This document shows positions 26,989 to 38,661 of a DNA stretch of 60,451 bases, in pieces. Source of the stretch: Gammaproteobacteria bacterium (GTDB lineage Bacteria; Pseudomonadota; Gammaproteobacteria; GCA-002705445; GCA-002716945); NCBI GenBank assembly GCA_029246085.1, contig JAQWOB010000011.1:1-60451 (forward strand), given 5' to 3'. Under the pieces are notes generated by a model. That model did no database searches, was not told the DNA's origin, and was given only the letters and a program-made list of their open reading frames with translations. The position numbers and the translations under genes are program-made. Within the stretch, counting starts at the first letter, position 1; each line of letters begins with the position of its first letter.

Positions 26989-28405
26989 ATTTTCTATAAC
27001 GCTTCCAATAAAATAACATAATAGAGAATATTAACATCAAAACCGGGTAATCACCAAAGCGCATATAAGGGCTAATCCCTTTTGATGGGTATACCTCCCC
27101 GCTAATTAAGCCCTCAGTATCCAAGCTTATCTCTTTAAGAATTAATCCATTTTTATCAATAATTGCAGATATGCCTGTATTTGCAGCTCTTATAATTGGA
27201 TGAGCTGTTTCTAATGCTCGTACTTGTGCAATTTGCAGATGTTGATGTGGAGCAAATGTATTCCCAAACCATGAGTCATTACTAATATTAATAATGATGC
27301 TGTAATCTCTAGTCATCTTGATTAGCGATGAATATGCAACCTCATAACATATCAGTGGATGTATGGTAATATCATTAACCAAGAATGGTTTTTGATTTAA
27401 ATTTCCATGAGAGAGATTTGACATAGGTATATTTAATTTCTTTGCTATATAACTAAAAAATTTTTTGAGAGGTGTATATTCCCCAAATGGAACCAAATGT
27501 CTTTTATTATAAAATTTCTCATTTTTATTTAAAACCAACATACTATTATAGATTTTATTCTGACTAGCTTCATAATGAAATATACCTGAAATAATATTAG
27601 TATCATCAAATTCAAGCATAGAATTATAAAAATTTTTATCTCTCTCATATATTATAGGGATTGCAGTTTCTGGCAAGATAATGGTTTTATTAGTGATATT
27701 ATCTGAGAGTAGTGATAAATATTTTTGTTTAATAAAATTTATTTTATCATTATCATATTTAATTCCTGCATTAATATTAGGCTGCAGTATGCTAACTTTC
27801 AAAGAATCTTTTTTATCTATCGACCACATAGGATTATAAAAATATAAAATATTAAAAAATATTATGAGTATAAATATATTTTTTAAGTTAGCCTTACATA
27901 GTTTACTTTTAAAAAACAAAGCAATTCCTATAGACATAGTGCATATTAAAAAACTCACAAAATAACTTCCCGCGATAGGATATATCATATTAAATATAGT
28001 GCCCTCTTGACTATGACCTGCTATCAACCAAGGGAAACCTCCAAATATAATAGATCTTAATAATTCTAGAGAAACCCATACTGATGGAATAATTAATAAT
28101 GTAGCAAATGATTTATCTTTATAATTTTTATTTAAAAAAAAACCTAGTGGGGCGATAAATAATGATAAAAATATAATAAAAGAAATTGTCATTAAAAAGG
28201 ATAATCCTAAGTTTCCTCCGCCATAATTATATATACTGCTATATATCCATGAGACTCCTGAGGCAAAAATTGAGATTCCATAAATACAAGATAAAACTAT
28301 AGCTTGTTTCCTTTTATAGAATAACAATGTATAGAAAAATATTGATAGTGAAAAAAATATTCCAAGCTTGAAATTTATGGGCGAAAAAGAAGAAGTATAT
28401 AACAA
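26981..28405 (-). CDS. lnt: Apolipoprotein N-acyltransferase
   Basis: 474 aa with a polytopic N-terminus and a CN-hydrolase domain (ILPETAIP, ICYEVAY). It lies between corC and leuS as in E. coli. Confidence 0.9.
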   Translation of the reverse strand: MLYTSSFSPINFKLGIFFSLSIFFYTLLFYKRKQAIVLSCIYGISIFASGVSWIYSSIYNYGGGNLGLSFLMTISFIIFLSLFIAPLGFFLNKNYKDKSFATLLIIPSVWVSLELLRSIIFGGFPWLIAGHSQEGTIFNMIYPIAGSYFVSFLICTMSIGIALFFKSKLCKANLKNIFILIIFFNILYFYNPMWSIDKKDSLKVSILQPNINAGIKYDNDKINFIKQKYLSLLSDNITNKTIILPETAIPIIYERDKNFYNSMLEFDDTNIISGIFHYEASQNKIYNSMLVLNKNEKFYNKRHLVPFGEYTPLKKFFSYIAKKLNIPMSNLSHGNLNQKPFLVNDITIHPLICYEVAYSSLIKMTRDYSIIINISNDSWFGNTFAPHQHLQIAQVRALETAHPIIRAANTGISAIIDKNGLILKEISLDTEGLISGEVYPSKGISPYMRFGDYPVLMLIFSIMLFYWKRYRKYE

Positions 28406-28458
28406 TCCAGAAAGAATAATCAGTATGTATTTATTAGTTTTTATAAGTTTCTCTTAAT

Positions 28459-29274
28459 CTATATTTTTTTACTTAGCTTTATTCGTTTAATAGTTCTAGA
28501 GTCAGCAGACAATACCTTAAATAATAAATTTGAGATTACAATAATCTCACCCTTTAAGGGCACTCTTTCGAATTTATTTACTAAATAACCACCAATTGTT
28601 TCAACATCATCCTTAAACTCAGTTAAGAAGTATGAGTTAAACTCATCTAGCGTAGTTAATCCATCTACAATATAATCATCATGACTTTGAGCAATAATTT
28701 TTGATTCAGTTCTTTTATCATGCTCATCATCAATTTCACCAACTATTTCTTCAATAACATCTTCAATTGTAACAAGTCCTGAAACTCCACCATGTTCATC
28801 AATGACGATTGCAATATGATTCCTACTTGACTTAAATTCATTCAATAAAATATTTAGTCTTTTGCTTTCTGGGACAAAAACTGCTGGCCTAAGTAGTTCA
28901 TGTAAATTTATGTCATCATTATCATCTTTAATTGATTTTTTAAGTAAGTCTTTTGCCAGTAAGACTCCTATTATTTCATCACGGTTATCATCAATAACTG
29001 GAAACCTTGAATGACCAGATGTAGCTACTTTTTTGACAATTTCATCTATTTGATCAGTTATATCTATTACAGTCATATGTGGCCTTGGTATCATAATATC
29101 TCTTACTTGTACTTCAGATACTTTAAAAACACCCTCAATCATTTTTAAAGATTCATTATCAAGGACACCATTATGAACCGTATCTTTCAACACTTCCAAA
29201 AGATCAGTTTTAGTCTTAGGAGAATCTTTAAAAAGACTAAGCAGTCTAGCTAACAATTTATTTTTAATTTGCAT
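28459..29274 (-). CDS. corC: Mg/Co efflux-associated protein CorC (CBS pair + CorC_HlyC domain)
   Basis: 271 aa with MIPRPHM, LVTIEDVIEEIVGEIDDEHD and a C-terminal transporter-associated domain. Confidence 0.9.
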   Translation of the reverse strand: MQIKNKLLARLLSLFKDSPKTKTDLLEVLKDTVHNGVLDNESLKMIEGVFKVSEVQVRDIMIPRPHMTVIDITDQIDEIVKKVATSGHSRFPVIDDNRDEIIGVLLAKDLLKKSIKDDNDDINLHELLRPAVFVPESKRLNILLNEFKSSRNHIAIVIDEHGGVSGLVTIEDVIEEIVGEIDDEHDKRTESKIIAQSHDDYIVDGLTTLDEFNSYFLTEFKDDVETIGGYLVNKFERVPLKGEIIVISNLLFKVLSADSRTIKRIKLSKKI

Positions 29275-29734
29275 AGTATGGGTCAGGACATCCTAATATA
29301 TTCATTAATTCTTTTTCTTTATCTTCCATTATAACTCGAGATTTATCTAAGTCATGCGTATAACCTTGCAAATGAAGCATAGAATGAATTATCATATGTG
29401 CCCACCTATTATCTTTTTCTATACTATACATGTCAGACTCTTCATTGATAATCTCCGGGCATACCATGATATCTCCTAATATATACTCTCCTGTTATAAT
29501 ATGAGAGTTATTTGGGAAAGATAAAACATTTGTTGGTTTATTTTTTTTAAAAAATATTTTATTTAATTTCATTATTTCATTCTTATTAGCTATTCTAATA
29601 ATAACTAATGAGTCCTTCTCTTCGTTAAATGCAATTTTCGCCCACTTATTTATTTTTAAATTAGTTGGCACATAACCTAATGATTTATCTTTTACAATTC
29701 TTACTGATAATGGGCTATTTTTTTCTTTTATCAT
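29264..29734 (-). CDS. ybeY: Endoribonuclease YbeY
   Basis: 156 aa with the metal-binding motif HSMLHLQGYTHD. It overlaps corC by 11 nt. Confidence 0.9.
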   Translation of the reverse strand: MIKEKNSPLSVRIVKDKSLGYVPTNLKINKWAKIAFNEEKDSLVIIRIANKNEIMKLNKIFFKKNKPTNVLSFPNNSHIITGEYILGDIMVCPEIINEESDMYSIEKDNRWAHMIIHSMLHLQGYTHDLDKSRVIMEDKEKELMNILGCPDPYYAN

Positions 29735-30686
29735 ATTCCCTAATTATATCTTTAACAATTTTATGTCTCATAACATCATTGGGTTTAAAATTTGTAATAT
29801 GAACCCCATCAATATTAGGCATAAATTCCAGGCAATCTTTCAACCCAGATCTAGAATCTCTTGGTAAATCTATCTGGCTTGTATCGCCAGTTACAACAGC
29901 TTTTGACCCAAAACCAATCCTTGTTAAAAACATTTCCATCTGAGCAATAGTAGTATTTTGACCTTCGTCTAATATTATAAATGCATCATTTAAGGTTCTA
30001 CCTCTCATATATGCAAGTGGAGCTATTTCAATAATTTTCTTTTCGATAAGTCTTGTAACTCTTTCAACTCCCACTGTTTCATCAAGAGCATCATATATTG
30101 GTTGTAAATATGGGTTTACTTTCTCAGACAAATCTCCAGGTAAAAAACCAAGTTTTTCCCCTGCTTCAATTGCAGGTCTCACTAAAAATATTTTTTTAAT
30201 TAAATCCTTCTCTAAAAAATATATTGCACATGCAACTGCGAGATATGTTTTACCAGTTCCTGCAGCACCTATGCCGAATGTTAAATCATTTTTCATTATG
30301 GCCTGCACATACTCTTGTTGTGACTTTGATTTAGGCCTAATAGTTATTTTCTTACATTTAAGAGAAACAGCATCTGGATCTGAAATAATCTTATCAGTCA
30401 TATTTTCAGTATTATCGCTAGTATTGTTCATATACATATGGAGTTGCTTAGAAGTTAATTCTTCTTCAGCTGAAAGAACATATAATTTCTCAATCAAACT
30501 TGAAGTTAAAGGCACATTTTGCTTATCACCTTTTATTATAAATGAATTTCCTCTGTTTGAAATTTCAACATGCATATATGATTCAATCTGTCTAAGGTTT
30601 TCATCAAGTAGCCCACATAAGTTTGATAACCTCTCATTATCCTGAGGTTGTAATAATAAATTCTGGCTTGTATTTTTTTCTGTCAA
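29715..30686 (-). CDS. ybeZ: PhoH-like ATPase (YbeZ)
   Basis: 323 aa with Walker A GAAGTGKTYLAV and FIILDEGQNT. It overlaps ybeY by 20 nt. Confidence 0.9.
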   Translation of the reverse strand: MTEKNTSQNLLLQPQDNERLSNLCGLLDENLRQIESYMHVEISNRGNSFIIKGDKQNVPLTSSLIEKLYVLSAEEELTSKQLHMYMNNTSDNTENMTDKIISDPDAVSLKCKKITIRPKSKSQQEYVQAIMKNDLTFGIGAAGTGKTYLAVACAIYFLEKDLIKKIFLVRPAIEAGEKLGFLPGDLSEKVNPYLQPIYDALDETVGVERVTRLIEKKIIEIAPLAYMRGRTLNDAFIILDEGQNTTIAQMEMFLTRIGFGSKAVVTGDTSQIDLPRDSRSGLKDCLEFMPNIDGVHITNFKPNDVMRHKIVKDIIREYDKRKK

Positions 30687-30721
30687 ATTCTTATAAGTCT
30701 CCTGTCTGCTAATTTTAATTT

Positions 30722-32059
30722 TTATGAAATATTTAAATAAGTTCCATGTAATGTATTCGTCCTCATTTCATCTATTCGTACATCTACAAACTTACTAATT
30801 AATTCCCGGTCACCCGAAAAGTTTATGACCTTATTATTATCAGTCCTCCCAAAAACTTCGGTACTTCTTTTTAGTGAAACTCCTTCTACAAGAACTCTTT
30901 CTGTTTTTCCTACCATTTTTTCTGAATAACTCAGGGACTGATTCTTAATTAAATCTTTCAATTCTTTCAACCTATCTGATTTAACTTTATCTGACAAACT
31001 ATCAAATTCTTGCGCAGCAGGTGTTCCTGGCCTTGGGCTATAAATAAAGCTATACGCATCACTAAAATTTAATTCTGAAATAAAATCTAAAGTTTTTTGA
31101 AATTCATAATTAGATTCACCAGGATAACCTACTATAAAATCTGAAGACAAATGTATATCTGGCCTAATTTCCCTAACTTTTCTAATAATACTCTTATACT
31201 CAAGAACCGTATGTTTTCTTTTCATTTTAGAAAGAATTAAATCTGAGCCTGATTGTATTGGTAGGTGTAGATTATTTGCGAGTTTAGGGTTTTTATATTC
31301 ACTTATCAAGTCTTGAGAAAAATCTATTGGATGAGAAGTTGTATAACGAATTCTATCTATGCCATCTATGTGGGAAATATATCGAATCAAATCTGAAAGA
31401 CCAACAGGATTACCATCATAATCATTTGATTTATATGCATTAACATTCTGTCCAAGCAATACAATTTCTCTTGCTCCCTGCGTTGATAACTGCATGGCTT
31501 CATTAATAATATCATCAAATCTTCTATTGAATTCTTCGCCTCTTGTATATGGTACAACACAAAAAGTACAATATTTACTACAGCCTTCCATAATAGAAAG
31601 ATAAGCTGAAGGTGCTTTTTTATCTGAGGTAGGTAAATAGTCAAATTTTTCTATTTCAGGAAAACTAACATCTACAGCAGTTTTAACATCTAACAAAGAC
31701 AGTTCTTTGATCATTTTAGGAATTCTATGAATTGTTTGCGGGCCAAAAATAATATCCACTGAGGGCGCTCTTGACTTAATACTCTTACCTTCTTGAGACG
31801 CAACACAGCCACCAACAGCTATTAATATATCTGGCTTATTATCTTTTATCTTTTTCCATCTTCCTAACTGATGAAAAACTTTTTCTTGAGCTTTCTCTCG
31901 AATTGAGCATGTATTTAAAAGCAATAAATCAGCATCTTGAGGATCATTAGTCTCAACCATTTTTAAATTAACTTTTAGAACATCAGTGAGCTTGTCTGAA
32001 TCATATACATTCATCTGACAACCATGAGTCTTTATAAAGAATTTTTTATTTTCCAGCAT
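30722..32059 (-). CDS. miaB: tRNA-2-methylthio-N6-dimethylallyladenosine synthase
   Basis: 445 aa with the N-terminal UPF0004 domain (THGCQMN) and the radical SAM motif CSKYCTFCVVP. Confidence 0.95.
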   Translation of the reverse strand: MLENKKFFIKTHGCQMNVYDSDKLTDVLKVNLKMVETNDPQDADLLLLNTCSIREKAQEKVFHQLGRWKKIKDNKPDILIAVGGCVASQEGKSIKSRAPSVDIIFGPQTIHRIPKMIKELSLLDVKTAVDVSFPEIEKFDYLPTSDKKAPSAYLSIMEGCSKYCTFCVVPYTRGEEFNRRFDDIINEAMQLSTQGAREIVLLGQNVNAYKSNDYDGNPVGLSDLIRYISHIDGIDRIRYTTSHPIDFSQDLISEYKNPKLANNLHLPIQSGSDLILSKMKRKHTVLEYKSIIRKVREIRPDIHLSSDFIVGYPGESNYEFQKTLDFISELNFSDAYSFIYSPRPGTPAAQEFDSLSDKVKSDRLKELKDLIKNQSLSYSEKMVGKTERVLVEGVSLKRSTEVFGRTDNNKVINFSGDRELISKFVDVRIDEMRTNTLHGTYLNIS

Positions 32060-32064
32060 TTACT

Positions 32065-32502
32065 CTAGAAGGGTACATCGTCATCATGTTGAGCAGCAGA
32101 GCCAGAACTTTGATTAAAATCATCCCTGCCCTGAGATTGATTATTAAATTGAGAGCTATCGCTAGAGTCAGATTTAGAACCTACAAAAGTAAAATTATCA
32201 GAAATAATATCAGTAGAATATTTCTCTATACCATCTTTGTCTTGCCATTTACGAGTTTGTAATCTACCTTCAACATATAGTTGTTGACCTTTTTTAACAT
32301 ATTGTCCTATTGTTTCAGCAGGTTTATTGAAGAATACTACTCGATGCCACTCTGTTTTATCTTCGTAAGCCCCAGATTCTTGATTCTTAAATTTTCTATT
32401 TGTTGCTAATGACAGATTCAGGACCGCATTGCCACTAGGCATTACCTTAACTTCTGGATCAGCGCCAACTCTACCTAATAATATTACTTTATTTACTGAC
32501 AT
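32065..32502 (-). CDS. ssb: Single-stranded DNA-binding protein
   Basis: 145 aa with an OB fold (VNKVILLGRVGADPE) and the acidic tail DDDVPF. Confidence 0.95.
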   Translation of the reverse strand: MSVNKVILLGRVGADPEVKVMPSGNAVLNLSLATNRKFKNQESGAYEDKTEWHRVVFFNKPAETIGQYVKKGQQLYVEGRLQTRKWQDKDGIEKYSTDIISDNFTFVGSKSDSSDSSQFNNQSQGRDDFNQSSGSAAQHDDDVPF

Positions 32503-32904
32503 AAACTCTCTTCTGTATGATTTTCTATATGGATTTAACTATAACTTAAATATTATCTTACGAATAGGAATAATTCCACTCAAAGATTGGGTTTTGTAAA
32601 TTATTTGCCTATTCTAGAATCTATTTCAACTTATTATGGGCATACAGTAACCAATAGCAAAAAGAAGGGCTTGAGCTAGGAAATTAAGCATCATAGACCT
32701 ATCTTTGACCAAGTGACTCAAGGCAATATAGCTTAAATCCCTATGTACCAAAAACATATATTAAAGGAGGTGTATGTTAAGATTTGAGCGAAGAACTCCG
32801 GTGAGAATGCATGAGCTGCTAAACTATTTCATTAATGCAATATTCATATTTTCTCCTAGGTAAATGATTTAATTAGTAGCATTTGATGATATGATTTCTC
32901 TAGC

Positions 32905-35757
32905 ATGAAAAAGAATATTTTTGTCAAGGGTGCGCGAACCCATAATCTAAAAAATATAAATGTAGAGATACCCAGAAACAAGCTCGTTACAATTACAGGT
33001 TTGTCAGGTTCTGGAAAATCCTCGCTTGCATTTGATACAATATTTGCTGAAGGTCAAAGACGCTATATGGAATCTTTGTCATCTTATGCTAGACAATTCC
33101 TGTCAATCATGGATAAACCTGATGTTGATGTCATAGAGGGTTTGTCTCCAGCTATATCAATTGAACAAAAATCATCATCGCATAACCCAAGATCAACAGT
33201 AGGAACTGTGACAGAAATATATGACTACCTTAGGCTTCTTTATGCCAGAGTTGGGACTCCAAGATGTCCTGAGCATTCAAATGAATTAGCAGCCATGTCT
33301 CTTTCTGATATGACTACTAAAATCTTGTCAGATTACCATGAAAAAAATATTGCTATACTTGCTCCTATAGTGAAAAAACAAAAAGGAGAGCATGTAAAAT
33401 TAATTCAATCTTTTGCTCAACAAGGATATAGGAGAGTACGAGTAAATAATGAAATTGTAGAAATTTCAGATATATCAAAACATCTGCTTCAACATCTAAT
33501 TACTCCTAAGAAAAAAAATGATATTGAATTAGTAGTGGATAGGTTAAGTGTAAATAATGATAATAAATTACGAATAACTGAATCTTTAGAAACTGCATCA
33601 GATATTTCAAATGGAATTGTTCATATCCTAGATATGGTCGAAGATCAAGTACAAGATATTTTTTCAACTAAATATTCTTGCCCACATTGTGGTTACTCGA
33701 TTAGTGAATTAGAACCTAAGTTATTTTCATTTAATAGTCCAGCTGGGGCCTGCGTAGCGTGTGATGGTTTAGGAGTTAGAGAATATTTTGATCCTCATAA
33801 AATTATAGTTAACCAGGAATTAAGCTTAATTAATGGGGCAATATATGGATGGGATGATAAAAGCGCTTATTACAGTCTACTACTAAAAAGTTTATCTGCT
33901 CATTATAAAGTTAATTTGGATTTAGAGTATAGAAAATTACCTGATAGTTTTAAAGATATTTTATTTTATGGAAGTAAGAAAGAAGTTATTAAAATGAAAT
34001 ATGTAAGAGGTTATCGTAAAAGAGATCAAAGTGATTTTATTATTAAAGAAGAGATATGGGATGGGATTGTTAAAAAATATGAAAAACAATATGAAAATGG
34101 CTCATATTCAACTAGAGAAAGATTATCAAAATATTTAAGTACTAATAAATGTAGCGAATGCGGGAACACAAGACTTAATGAGAAAAGTAGAAATATATTT
34201 ATATCAGACAAAGCTATTAGTGATATAACTGCATTTACAACAGAGGAATGCTTTAACTTTTTCAGTAACTTAAAACTAAAGGGGATGAAGAAAGAAATAT
34301 CTATCAAAATTGTTGCTGAAATTACTAGTAGACTTAGTTTCCTGGTTAATGTTGGTCTAAATTATTTATCCTTAGATAGAAGCGCGGAAACACTCTCTGG
34401 AGGTGAAGCCCAAAGAATAAGGCTGGCAAGTCAGATTGGGTCTGGACTTGTAGGGGTAATGTATATACTTGATGAGCCATCAATTGGTTTACATCAAAAA
34501 GATAATGATAAATTACTCCAAACACTGACTCATTTAAGGGAACTAGGAAATACTGTAATCGTTGTAGAACATGATGAAGATACAATCCTGGCCTCAGATT
34601 ATATTGTTGATGTTGGCCCAGGTGCTGGTGACTTAGGAGGGGAAATCGTATATGCTGGAAAACCTGAGGGAATAAAGAAGATAAAAGATTCATATACAGG
34701 GCAATATTTATCAGGTAAGAAAAAAATAGATGTTCCAAAAGATAGATTAAAAATAAATCCTAAGAAAGTATTATCTATTCATAATGCAGTAACCAATAAT
34801 CTTAAAAATTTAACAGTTAATATCCCTATAGGCCTTATGACATGTATAACCGGTATCTCTGGTTCTGGTAAATCAAGTTTAATAAACAATGTTTTGTTTA
34901 ATTATGTATATAATAATTTTTTAGAAAAAGATAATTCTCAAACGGGCTGTGACAAAATTAGTGGTTTGGAACATATAGATAAAATAATAGAAATTGATCA
35001 AAGCCCTATAGGAAGAACTCCTAGGTCTAATCCAGCAACATATACAGGCATATTTACATATATACGAGAATTACTTACACAAACACAAGAGGCACGATCA
35101 AGAGGTTATAAAGCTGGAAGATTTAGTTTTAATGTCAAAGGCGGAAGATGTGAAACATGTGAGGGAGATGGTGTGATAAAAGTAGAGATGCACTTTTTAT
35201 CCGATGTATATGTTAAATGTGATAAATGTAATGGCAAAAGATATAATCCTGAAACTCTAGATATTTTATTTAAAACAAAAAATATAAGTGATATCTTAAA
35301 TTTTACAGTTCATGAAGCTTTGGAATTCTTTGAAAATATACCAGTTATAAGCAGAAAATTGGAAATTATTAATGAAGTCGGACTTTCATATATAAGGCTT
35401 GGACAAAATGCTACTACTCTCTCAGGTGGTGAAGCACAAAGAATAAAACTAGCTAAAGAATTAATTAAAAGAGATACGGGCCAAACTCTTTATTTGTTAG
35501 ATGAACCCACAACTGGATTACATTTTCATGATGTAGCAAAATTACTAAAGGTTTTAAATAAACTTAAAGAGCGTGGTAATACATTAATAATAATCGAGCA
35601 TAACTTGGAAGTTATTAAAACTGCTGACTGGATAATTGACCTTGGCCCAGAAGGCGGAATCGGTGGCGGACATATTGTTTCAGAGGGCACGCCAGAGTTT
35701 GTTGCAAAAAACAAAAAATCTTATACTGGAAAATTTTTAAAAGATAAGCTTAATTAG
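32905..35757 (+). CDS. uvrA: Excinuclease ABC subunit A
   Basis: 950 aa with two ABC ATPase modules ([26 protein letters not shown] twice) and zinc modules ([13 protein letters not shown]). Confidence 0.97.
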   Translation: MKKNIFVKGARTHNLKNINVEIPRNKLVTITGLSGSGKSSLAFDTIFAEGQRRYMESLSSYARQFLSIMDKPDVDVIEGLSPAISIEQKSSSHNPRSTVGTVTEIYDYLRLLYARVGTPRCPEHSNELAAMSLSDMTTKILSDYHEKNIAILAPIVKKQKGEHVKLIQSFAQQGYRRVRVNNEIVEISDISKHLLQHLITPKKKNDIELVVDRLSVNNDNKLRITESLETASDISNGIVHILDMVEDQVQDIFSTKYSCPHCGYSISELEPKLFSFNSPAGACVACDGLGVREYFDPHKIIVNQELSLINGAIYGWDDKSAYYSLLLKSLSAHYKVNLDLEYRKLPDSFKDILFYGSKKEVIKMKYVRGYRKRDQSDFIIKEEIWDGIVKKYEKQYENGSYSTRERLSKYLSTNKCSECGNTRLNEKSRNIFISDKAISDITAFTTEECFNFFSNLKLKGMKKEISIKIVAEITSRLSFLVNVGLNYLSLDRSAETLSGGEAQRIRLASQIGSGLVGVMYILDEPSIGLHQKDNDKLLQTLTHLRELGNTVIVVEHDEDTILASDYIVDVGPGAGDLGGEIVYAGKPEGIKKIKDSYTGQYLSGKKKIDVPKDRLKINPKKVLSIHNAVTNNLKNLTVNIPIGLMTCITGISGSGKSSLINNVLFNYVYNNFLEKDNSQTGCDKISGLEHIDKIIEIDQSPIGRTPRSNPATYTGIFTYIRELLTQTQEARSRGYKAGRFSFNVKGGRCETCEGDGVIKVEMHFLSDVYVKCDKCNGKRYNPETLDILFKTKNISDILNFTVHEALEFFENIPVISRKLEIINEVGLSYIRLGQNATTLSGGEAQRIKLAKELIKRDTGQTLYLLDEPTTGLHFHDVAKLLKVLNKLKERGNTLIIIEHNLEVIKTADWIIDLGPEGGIGGGHIVSEGTPEFVAKNKKSYTGKFLKDKLN

Positions 35758-36121
35758 TAGGAGCTGACTTTTCAGTTAACTCAACATATGCTTGTGGAGA
35801 TGCATCACCAAGAGTACAACCAGACTTAAGAATCCTTAAGTATCCACCTGGACGATTTTTAAATCTAGGCCCTAAATCTTCAAATAGTTTTTTAACCAAT
35901 TTTTTACTTCTAATTTTTGAATATGCTAATCTACGTCTGATTAATGAATCAGTTTTAGCAAGAGTTATTAATGGTTCAGCAAACCTTCTCAGTTCCTTAG
36001 CTTTAGGTACTGAAGTTTCAATTCTCTCAAATTCAAATAATGATAAACACATATTTTTAAACATAGCTTTTCTATGTGAAGAATTTCTATTTAACTGTCT
36101 ACCGCTTTTTCTATGTCTCAT
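35750..36121 (-). CDS. rplQ: 50S ribosomal protein L17
   Basis: [20 protein letters not shown]... The start is set at the internal ATG, which forms an ATGA overlap with the rpoA stop. The 3' end overlaps the convergent uvrA by 8 nt. Confidence 0.9.
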   Translation of the reverse strand: MRHRKSGRQLNRNSSHRKAMFKNMCLSLFEFERIETSVPKAKELRRFAEPLITLAKTDSLIRRRLAYSKIRSKKLVKKLFEDLGPRFKNRPGGYLRILKSGCTLGDASPQAYVELTEKSAPTN

Positions 36122-37104
36122 GTTCTTTTTTCCATACTTTTTGGTGGCCAATCTTCTAATTTAATGCCTAGCGACAAACTATGTGTAGCCAAAACATCTT
36201 TGATTTCTGTAAGTGATTTTTTTCCTAAATTAGGGGTTTTTAATAATTCATTTTCACTTCTTTGAACTAAATCACCTATATAATAAATATTCTCTGCTTT
36301 TAAACAATTTGCAGATCTCACTGTTAATTCTAAATCATCAACAGGTCTTAGTAATACAGGATCAATCTGAGGAGCATCTAAATCCTCAACAGCTTCCTCT
36401 TTAACTTCTAGAATCGTAAATACTGATAATTGGTCTCTTAGGATTGACCCTGCTTGTCTGATAGCATCCTCAGGCTCAATTGTCTCATTAGTTTTTAAAT
36501 CTATTATAAGTTTATCTAAATCTGTTCTTTGTTTAACCCTTGCGGTATCAACATTATAAGTAACCTGGACTACTGGGCTAAATGAAGCATCTAATTGCAT
36601 TTTTCCTATCCCAAGATCTTCTGATTCATTAAATTTTCTTTTTTGCGCAGCTAAATATCCCCTACCTTTTGAAATTGTCATATGTATGATAATTTCTGTT
36701 TTATTATTAGTGATATTGGCTATACAAAAATCTGGGTTTTTAATCTCTAAGTCAGCATTTGCAGTAATGTCAGATGCTAATACTGGACCCATTCCTTTCT
36801 TCCTCAAGGTCACTTCCAAAGTATCTTTTTCATGCAACACTAAAGCAAGTTTTTTGATGTTTAGCAATATTTCTAGAACATCCTCCTGAACTCCCTCTAT
36901 TGTACTGTATTCATGAAGTATATTTTCAATAGAAACCTCTGTTACAGCACTTCCTGGTAATGATGACAATAAGACTCTTCTGAGCGCATTACCTAAAGTA
37001 TGACCAAAGCCTCTTTCTAGTGGCTCTATAGTTATCTTTGCATGAGATGGGTTTAACATCTCTATGTCTACTAATTTTGGTTTTAGAAAGTCATTATTAT
37101 TCAT
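36118..37104 (-). CDS. rpoA: DNA-directed RNA polymerase subunit alpha
   Basis: 328 aa with [15 protein letters not shown] and the C-terminal domain [22 protein letters not shown]. Confidence 0.97.
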   Translation of the reverse strand: MNNNDFLKPKLVDIEMLNPSHAKITIEPLERGFGHTLGNALRRVLLSSLPGSAVTEVSIENILHEYSTIEGVQEDVLEILLNIKKLALVLHEKDTLEVTLRKKGMGPVLASDITANADLEIKNPDFCIANITNNKTEIIIHMTISKGRGYLAAQKRKFNESEDLGIGKMQLDASFSPVVQVTYNVDTARVKQRTDLDKLIIDLKTNETIEPEDAIRQAGSILRDQLSVFTILEVKEEAVEDLDAPQIDPVLLRPVDDLELTVRSANCLKAENIYYIGDLVQRSENELLKTPNLGKKSLTEIKDVLATHSLSLGIKLEDWPPKSMEKRT

Positions 37105-37111
37105 GTATCAC

Positions 37112-37735
37112 CTATTTTGAGTATAATTCGACAATTAACGATTCATTTATTTCAGAAGGCAATTCTTTACGCTCTGGTGTTCTTATAAATGTGCCTTTGA
37201 GATTTTTTACATCTACTTCAATCCAATCATTAAATCCTCGAGTCTCTGCAAGACTCATGGCTGATTTAATTCGTAGTTGATCTTTTTTATTATTCCTAAC
37301 AGAAACCTTGTCTTTCGGATTCAGCTGGTATGAGGCGATATTCACTATCGAATCATTAACTTGAATATTTTTATGGTTCACTAGCTGTCTTGATTCGGCT
37401 CTTGTTGACCCAAAACCTAATCTATATACAACATTGTCTAGCCTTGACTCCAGCATATTGAGTAAATTTTCTCCTGTTGAACCTTTTTTACTAGCAGCTT
37501 TTTTATAATAATTTCTAAATTGCTTTTCTAGCACACCGTAGATTCTCTTAACTTTCTGCTTCTCTCTCAACTGTAGAGAGTAGTCAGAAGTTTTAGGTCT
37601 CCTTGAGTCAGCCTTTTGTCCAGGCTTCTTTTCAAGATTACATTTTGTTTCTAAAGATCTTGAACCTGATTTCAAAAATAAATCAGTCCCTTCTCTTCTC
37701 ATTAATTTACATTTAGATCCAGTAAATTTAGCCAT
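37112..37735 (-). CDS. rpsD: 30S ribosomal protein S4
   Basis: 207 aa, beginning [16 protein letters not shown], with [11 protein letters not shown]. Confidence 0.95.
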   Translation of the reverse strand: MAKFTGSKCKLMRREGTDLFLKSGSRSLETKCNLEKKPGQKADSRRPKTSDYSLQLREKQKVKRIYGVLEKQFRNYYKKAASKKGSTGENLLNMLESRLDNVVYRLGFGSTRAESRQLVNHKNIQVNDSIVNIASYQLNPKDKVSVRNNKKDQLRIKSAMSLAETRGFNDWIEVDVKNLKGTFIRTPERKELPSEINESLIVELYSK

Positions 37736-37741
37736 AATTTT

Positions 37742-38131
37742 TTATACTCTCCTCTTTTTAGGTGGTCTACATCCATTATGTGGAAGAGGTGTTATGTCTG
37801 TAATATTGGTAATTTTATATCCAGAGCTATTTAAAGCTCTAACCGCAGAATCTCTTCCTGGGCCAGGACCTTTAACTAAAACCTCTAAGCTTTTTACTCC
37901 AAACTCTGCAGCTTTTATTCCAGCTTTTTCTGCAGCTATCTGAGCTGCAAATGGAGTACTTTTTCTTGAACCTCTAAACCCAGAACCGCCAGATGTTGCC
38001 CATGACAATGTATTGCCCTGCTTATCAGTTATTGTGATGATTGTATTATTGAAAGAAGCATATATATGTGCCACTCCTTCATTAACAACTCTCTTTTCTT
38101 TCTTCTTCTTTGGTTTAGTAGTAGTTACCAT
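37742..38131 (-). CDS. rpsK: 30S ribosomal protein S11
   Basis: 129 aa with [18 protein letters not shown] and ending [13 protein letters not shown]. Confidence 0.95.
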   Translation of the reverse strand: MVTTTKPKKKKEKRVVNEGVAHIYASFNNTIITITDKQGNTLSWATSGGSGFRGSRKSTPFAAQIAAEKAGIKAAEFGVKSLEVLVKGPGPGRDSAVRALNSSGYKITNITDITPLPHNGCRPPKKRRV

Positions 38132-38132
38132 A

Positions 38133-38492
38133 TTATTTAGCCTTTATAAGTTTTCTTGGTCCTTTTCTAGTTCTGCTGTTATTTTTTGTTTTCTGTCCAC
38201 GCAAAGGTAATCCCTTACGATGTCTAATTCCTCTGTATGAACCAATATCCATAAGGCGCTTTATATTTATCGAAGTTTCTCTTCTTAAGTCACCCTCAAG
38301 CTGATACTTTTCAACATGATTTCTTAAGATTTCTAGATCACTATCATCTAGCTCATGTACCTTCTTATTCCTGCTAACACCGGAGTCTGCACAAATCTTA
38401 TTTGCTCTGGTTGGCCCTATTCCATAAATAGAGGTCAAAGCAATCCATATATGCTTTCCATTTGGTAAATTTATTCCTGCAATTCTAGCCAT
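38133..38492 (-). CDS. rpsM: 30S ribosomal protein S13
   Basis: 119 aa, beginning [10 protein letters not shown], with [20 protein letters not shown]. Confidence 0.95.
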   Translation of the reverse strand: MARIAGINLPNGKHIWIALTSIYGIGPTRANKICADSGVSRNKKVHELDDSDLEILRNHVEKYQLEGDLRRETSINIKRLMDIGSYRGIRHRKGLPLRGQKTKNNSRTRKGPRKLIKAK

Positions 38493-38545
38493 TTATTTCT
38501 CTCGAACGATGATTTTATATTTCATTTGTGTTTAATACAACCTAT

Positions 38546-38659
38546 TTAACCCTGTCTTTGTTTATGTCTCGGATCTTTACAGATAATTCTGACAACCCTT
38601 TTTCTTCTAATTACGCGACAATTCCTACATAATTTCTTTACAGATGCTCTTACTTTCAT
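38546..38659 (-). CDS. rpmJ: 50S ribosomal protein L36 (absent from the supplied ORF track)
   Basis: My own translation of the minus strand gives [37 protein letters not shown] (37 aa). This is nearly identical to the N- and C-termini of E. coli L36. It starts 2 nt after the secY stop. Confidence 0.9.
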   Translation of the reverse strand: MKVRASVKKLCRNCRVIRRKRVVRIICKDPRHKQRQG

Positions 38660-38661
38660 TT

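Noticed and set aside
32503-32904. SOS (LexA) boxes expected between ssb and uvrA
   Set aside because: Only half-site fragments were found (CTGTATGATTTTCTAT, and catACAGta without a partner). There is no CTGT-N8-ACAG match, so no LexA operator is claimed.
34346-34738. Long antisense ORFs inside large genes: 34346-34738 in uvrA; 55461-55865 and 52371-52763 in rpoC; 16713-17075 and 15969-16274 in proA; 9873-10199 in tldD; 30271-30645 in phoH; 24995-25357 in leuS
   Set aside because: Each is fully embedded opposite a strongly supported conserved gene. Their composition is low-complexity, rich in Leu, Ile, Phe and Ser. They have no recognisable motifs or start contexts. Such shadow ORFs are typical opposite long conserved genes.
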